In this document: positions 59,566-64,000 of the stretch, piece after piece | How positions within the stretch are numbered: position 1 is the stretch's first letter | Layout: the number at the start of each line of letters is the position of its first letter | Assembly (NCBI GenBank): GCA_046350795.1 | Contig: JAXLZT010000001.1 | Location: 2,411 to 66,410, forward strand | Reading direction: 5' to 3' | Length of the DNA stretch: 64,000 nt | Source: Minisyncoccota bacterium | GTDB lineage: Bacteria; Patescibacteriota; Minisyncoccia; Phycocordibacterales; CALRHW01 | Translations under genes and position numbers: made by a program | The notes under the pieces: model-generated | The model's database searches: none | The model's input: the letters and a program-made list of their open reading frames with translations, nothing else | What the model was told of the DNA's origin: nothing

Positions 59566-60279
59566 CTATTCAAAAGCATTGCCTGGATCACCATTATCGA
59601 TAGGATCACCCGCCTCTTCAGACAAATATACAAGACACGAATCATTTACTATAGAAATTTGTCCTGTGGTATAAACATCTATTTGTTTTTCTCTACCTTG
59701 TGGCGACATGAGACATACCCTCACGGCTTGTGAAGCATGCCCACTACTAAACTCAAATCTAGCGTCTGGATCTGGTCGAGTAAATGTAATATCCAACTTG
59801 TCTCTTTTTACGTTGCCATTTCCATCATTAACGTCACAATACCAACCACTACTAGTACCAGCCTGCTCACATAAAGCGAATATATAATTGCCCCTACCGA
59901 TATCTGTCTTTTTTAATACCACATCTTGCATAGCATTATATTTTCCATCATGAACACCAAAAGCATCGGCAACATCAGCAAAAAATATAAAACTTAGATT
60001 ATCTTTACTTTTTCCAGTCGCAGTAGCGCCGAAATGTATACCGTATGGAGTATTAAATCTTTCTTCTTCTGGAGTATTTACACCCTCTTTAAAATCTCGC
60101 GCGCTCACCCCATATACCTGTGCCTGACGCAAAGCGAGTGCAACTTCATAGGATAAGTTTGTTATTTCTAGATTGTCGTTAAATTTTTGATGATTATAAA
60201 TAATAACAGCAGAAACAACGGCCATAATGGAAAAAGAGACCATTAGTTCAATCAGTGTAAATCCTTTTTTATATTTCAT
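59566..60279 (-). CDS. FimT/FimU-like minor pilin
   Basis: GFTLIELMV..LRQAQ..YGIHF. Confidence 0.78.
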   Translation of the reverse strand: MKYKKGFTLIELMVSFSIMAVVSAVIIYNHQKFNDNLEITNLSYEVALALRQAQVYGVSARDFKEGVNTPEEERFNTPYGIHFGATATGKSKDNLSFIFFADVADAFGVHDGKYNAMQDVVLKKTDIGRGNYIFALCEQAGTSSGWYCDVNDGNGNVKRDKLDITFTRPDPDARFEFSSGHASQAVRVCLMSPQGREKQIDVYTTGQISIVNDSCLVYLSEEAGDPIDNGDPGNAFE

Positions 60280-60288
60280 GAATTTGTG

Positions 60289-61083
60289 CTAAAAAAAAGC
60301 CAAATATTTAGAGATATGAATGATATCCCAACCAAAGAAAAACACGAGCAGAGTACCGATGATAATAAACGGTCCAAAAGGTATTTCACTCTTCATTGTA
60401 AGATTTTTAGAAGACAAAGACAATACGCGACTCAAGATAATGAGCGTCAAACCCACTATCGCACCGATCCAAAAGGCCAATACAAGCGCAGAAATACCGC
60501 GCACAAAACCAAGCATAAAACCTACACCAACGACGATTTTGGCATCACCCAAACCTATCCATCGCCCACCAGACACCAGCCATAAAAGTGCGAAAGGTAG
60601 AGCAAGTATTGGACCAGCTAGAACATCCAAAAGAGAGTTGTTATGTAAGTAAAAAAAAGAGAAGAGAGAGAAAGCTAGCGTCACTGCCCCAAAAATAAAA
60701 GACCAAGAATCTGGAATTATTTTATGCTTAAAATCATAAATACTGATAACAATCAAAATACTGATAACAAAAAAATAATAGAAAATGAGCGGACTCAGAC
60801 CGACGTGTAAAAAAGTAGCCAAGAAAAGGAGTCCAGTGACAAGCTCAACGAGCGGATATTGTAGCGAGATCTTGCTTTTACACGCACTGCATTTACCTCC
60901 AAGAAAAATAAAACTAAACACAGGAATTAATTCATACCAATGAAGTGTTTTGCTACAAGAAAAACATTGTGATCTGCCACGCGCTATAGGCAATCCTGTA
61001 TTATGTCTCAAAGCAACGACGTTTAAAAAACTGCCCACTATAGTTCCAAAAATAAATATAAAAAATGAAATAAGTAAATACAT
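60289..61083 (-). CDS. pilD: prepilin peptidase
   Basis: GSFLNV, CxxC pairs, IYD..IIPD, GLGDAK, PFGPF. Confidence 0.93.
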   Translation of the reverse strand: MYLLISFFIFIFGTIVGSFLNVVALRHNTGLPIARGRSQCFSCSKTLHWYELIPVFSFIFLGGKCSACKSKISLQYPLVELVTGLLFLATFLHVGLSPLIFYYFFVISILIVISIYDFKHKIIPDSWSFIFGAVTLAFSLFSFFYLHNNSLLDVLAGPILALPFALLWLVSGGRWIGLGDAKIVVGVGFMLGFVRGISALVLAFWIGAIVGLTLIILSRVLSLSSKNLTMKSEIPFGPFIIIGTLLVFFFGWDIIHISKYLAFF

Positions 61084-61089
61084 TAATAA

Positions 61090-61587
61090 CTAATTACAAG
61101 TAACGTCACCCGAAGCTAAATTTGTTGTTATTTCTTTTGATACGCCAGTACTATCTATACACCAAAAATTTCCGTTGCTTGGCAGGGTCACAGTCATGGC
61201 ATATGCATCACCAGTAGATCTGCATGTAATGGTAGATCCCGCTGGATAAAGAGTGTGGCTGGTAAGCTGAAACATCCCCGAAGGCACATCTTCAAAAAAT
61301 ATCACGTCTGGTCCAGCTTCGGCAGCAAAAACTGATTTAAATATTCGCCATCCAACTTCTGGACCTATAGTCCGACACAAATCTGTATCATCGCCATAAT
61401 TTTCATGCTCTGAGTAATAAAGAGCTGCGGCTTTTTTTACACTATCCAACTGAGATTTTACTGCACTGTCCCGTGCTTTTATACGAGCAGTTTGCAATGA
61501 AGCAAGCACCACAGATGAGAGTAGGCCAATAATAGCGATAACGACTAGCAATTCGATAAGTGTAAATCCTTTTTTTACAGATTTCAT
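61090..61587 (-). CDS. type IV pilin (paralogue)
   Basis: GFTLIELLVVIAIIGLLSSVVLASL..WCIDSTG. Confidence 0.88.
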   Translation of the reverse strand: MKSVKKGFTLIELLVVIAIIGLLSSVVLASLQTARIKARDSAVKSQLDSVKKAAALYYSEHENYGDDTDLCRTIGPEVGWRIFKSVFAAEAGPDVIFFEDVPSGMFQLTSHTLYPAGSTITCRSTGDAYAMTVTLPSNGNFWCIDSTGVSKEITTNLASGDVTCN

Positions 61588-61630
61588 TACAAATAATTCT
61601 AACACACAAATCTTCACATTAATCCACACA

Positions 61631-61660
61631 ACAAAAAACCGCCTTTGGGCGGTTTTTTGT
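61631..61660 (-). terminator. intrinsic terminator after major pilin
   Basis: ACAAAAAACCGCC-TTTG-GGCGGTTTTTTGT. Confidence 0.8.
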
Positions 61661-61681
61661 TTCTATAAAATCAAGAAATGA

Positions 61682-62215
61682 TTAACATTTAACTGAACCG
61701 TTTGCAGGACCAGGAGCCTTTGGTGTAATTTCGCCAGCAAAACCACTACTGTCTATACACATAGCTTTAGCAGTGTTTGACAACACAACCTGAATGAAGT
61801 ATTCATCAGCATCAGCTGTACATGTAACAGCGCCTGCTGTAGATGGAGCTGTACCACCGCCACCGACAGTACCAAGAGTGTAATTATCACCACCCCCACC
61901 ACCACCAGTCAAAGCAGTACCAACCAAAGATCTTGAAACAGAATCCAATGATGTAAGAACAGCGGAAGCATTTGTTCCTGCTACCGGCGGATTAGCATCT
62001 GTAGGACAAGTGTTTGCGTATGAACCAGTATTTGAATCATAAGCCAATTCAGCTCCAGCTCTAGCCTGGTTTAGACCAGCCTTAGCAGCCGCATCCTTTC
62101 CTTTTGATCGAGCAGTATTCAAAGAAGCCAAAACAACTGATGACAAGATACCAATGATAGCGATAACAACTAGCAATTCGATAAGTGTGAAACCTTTTTT
62201 AGTATTTTTAAACAT
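61682..62215 (-). CDS. type IV pilin, probable major pilin
   Basis: GFTLIELLVVIAIIGILSSVVLASL; own promoter, long leader and terminator. Confidence 0.9.
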   Translation of the reverse strand: MFKNTKKGFTLIELLVVIAIIGILSSVVLASLNTARSKGKDAAAKAGLNQARAGAELAYDSNTGSYANTCPTDANPPVAGTNASAVLTSLDSVSRSLVGTALTGGGGGGDNYTLGTVGGGGTAPSTAGAVTCTADADEYFIQVVLSNTAKAMCIDSSGFAGEITPKAPGPANGSVKC

Positions 62216-62392
62216 ATTAAACTTTTTATTAATAATTTTTATAACTTTATAATGTAAATTATTTTCTGCTTCCCTCCGCGGGAAGGGTATAAATCGACCG
62301 CTTTGTCCCTCGTCGGGAAACGTTTCTTAAAAACGTATGTATGTATTATATCTCAAATAAACAAGTGCAACAAAGACCGTGTGGATAACCGC

Positions 62393-63595
62393 CTAAAATG
62401 AAGAAGCAATGTTGTAAATAGGCATCAAAACAGATGCGAGGAGAGTTCCTACACCAAGACCAAGACCCACCACCATTACTGGCTCAATCAAATCAACAAG
62501 CGTGTCCACAGCAGCGACCACTTCTCGCTGATAAAATTTTGCAAGAGTTTTTAAAATATTTCCAAGCTCTCCAGTCTCCTCTCCCACTTTTATCATCTGT
62601 GTCATGATGCTTGGTATTTCTACAAACTGACTAAATGCTGTAGATAGCGAGCTACCACCCTTTACCGCCTCCAAGCTTCTATCCAAAATATCTTTATAAA
62701 TATCATTACCTACCACGGCAGAAGTAGTTTCGATCGCCTTTACCATTGATATACCACTGAGCACCATGGTGTTCATGTTGTCTGCGATACGAGAGAGGTA
62801 GAGCTTGCGATACAAATCACCTAGATATGGCACGCTAAGCTGAAACTGATTGAAAGCTTGTTTACCCTGCTTTGTATCTATGTATTTTTTAAATAAAAAT
62901 CCGCCAATAATAAGTGCGATTACAAAATACAATCCGTAGTTTATAAAAAAGCCACTCAAACCAAGAACGATTTTTGTATATATAGGTAGCTCTTGACCAG
63001 ATTCTTCTAGTATTGGTGCTATTTTTGGAATGATCACCGTAAACATCAAAGCCATCACGCCCACGAAAGCGACCACAACAAAAGCCGGATAAATAAGTGC
63101 ATGCTTTGCTTTTGATGACACTTCATATGAACGATCCAGATAGTCAGCAAGGTATCCAAAAGTTTGGTCTAGCTTACCAGACTCTTCACCAGATCGGACC
63201 ATATTGATATAGAAATCAGAAAAAATATGTGGATGTTTTTCGAGTGCTTTTGAAATAGCGCTTCCCTCCTGAATATCATCTGCCACCTTACTTAGAGCAT
63301 CGCGAAGCTGAGTATTTTCTACTTGGGCTGCAAGAAGTTTGAAAATACGTAGCGCAGACACCTGTGCTTCAAAGAGTGTTGCCATCTGTCTAGAAACTAT
63401 GACAATATCCTTATTTGAAACACGATTCAAAAAGGGAATCTTTTTCAAAAAAGATCCGCTACGAACTGGTTTTATATACGAAATCACAAGTCCACGCCCT
63501 TGAAGCAAAGTAACAGCTGTGTCCAAACTAGATGCTTCTACAGATCCATCTTTTGTTTCACCTGTATTATCTATTGCTTTATAGTTGAAGAGCAT
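62393..63595 (-). CDS. pilC: type IV pilus platform protein PilC (T2SS F family)
   Basis: GEESGKLD, ALIYP, VGEETGEL, EP...MPIY. Confidence 0.93.
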   Translation of the reverse strand: MLFNYKAIDNTGETKDGSVEASSLDTAVTLLQGRGLVISYIKPVRSGSFLKKIPFLNRVSNKDIVIVSRQMATLFEAQVSALRIFKLLAAQVENTQLRDALSKVADDIQEGSAISKALEKHPHIFSDFYINMVRSGEESGKLDQTFGYLADYLDRSYEVSSKAKHALIYPAFVVVAFVGVMALMFTVIIPKIAPILEESGQELPIYTKIVLGLSGFFINYGLYFVIALIIGGFLFKKYIDTKQGKQAFNQFQLSVPYLGDLYRKLYLSRIADNMNTMVLSGISMVKAIETTSAVVGNDIYKDILDRSLEAVKGGSSLSTAFSQFVEIPSIMTQMIKVGEETGELGNILKTLAKFYQREVVAAVDTLVDLIEPVMVVGLGLGVGTLLASVLMPIYNIASSF

Positions 63596-63609
63596 ATTTT
63601 TTTAAAAGA

Positions 63610-64000
63610 TTAAAGAAGTTTCTCAAGAACTTTTGGATTACTAGAAAACTTATAAGCATTTTCTACTGTTATCTCTCCAGCACGCACAAGCTCCACCAAA
63701 GAACGATTGAGGTCTATCATTCCTTCACCTGAGCTTGTTTCTATAATTGTATTTATCTCATGTGTTCTTTTGTCACGAATTACGTTTGCCACAGCGGTGT
63801 TGTTGATGAGAAGCTCATATGCTGGTATGAGTCCACCGGAAATACGCGGTATAAGTCTTTGTGAAAATATTCCAACCAAGCTTCCCGCCAACTGCAAACG
63901 AATCTGAGATTGTTGTTCTGGTGGAAATGAATCAATGATACGCTCCACTGTCTGAGATGCGCTATTGGTATGAAGTGTAGAAAAAACCATGTGACCTGTT
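63610..64000 (-). CDS. pilT: PilT-family retraction ATPase, C-terminal fragment
   Basis: TGHMVFSTLHTNSA..RIID.FP..QIRLQLA..SQRL..AVANVIR. Confidence 0.9.
   Translation of the reverse strand, partial: TGHMVFSTLHTNSASQTVERIIDSFPPEQQSQIRLQLAGSLVGIFSQRLIPRISGGLIPAYELLINNTAVANVIRDKRTHEINTIIETSSGEGMIDLNRSLVELVRAGEITVENAYKFSSNPKVLEKLL

Overview
This is a 64-kb chromosomal segment of a low-GC Patescibacteria (CPR, Parcubacteria-like) bacterium using genetic code 11. The backbone holds housekeeping genes: 5' end of gyrB/parE, pheST, tsf-rpsB-prfA-rpmE, rplY, a pentose-phosphate/glycolysis cluster, class Ic-type nrdAB, secG-oppA-rnj, purA, pyrG, ftsEX, prfB, gatCA, ligA and a type IV pilus locus. It also holds 7 tRNAs and a small accessory or defence islet beside tRNA-Gln. 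The most striking signal is about 11 dispersed, single-gene, GC-rich transcription units. Most have an AT-rich sigma70-type promoter, a GC-rich and often hairpin-rich leader, a Shine-Dalgarno site, GC3-rich codons and a strong terminator. Native first-of-operon genes, by contrast, look leaderless (TANNNT 6-7 nt before ATG, no SD). The cargo includes a Planctomycetes-like FliA sigma factor, an orphan ParB, a delta-9 desaturase, a Cys-rich secreted protein, orphan peptides and possible sRNAs. Two units share a leader RNA motif. My inference, untested, is that these are transcripts tuned for a high-GC host's ribosome, i.e. candidate host-directed mRNA/RNA effectors.
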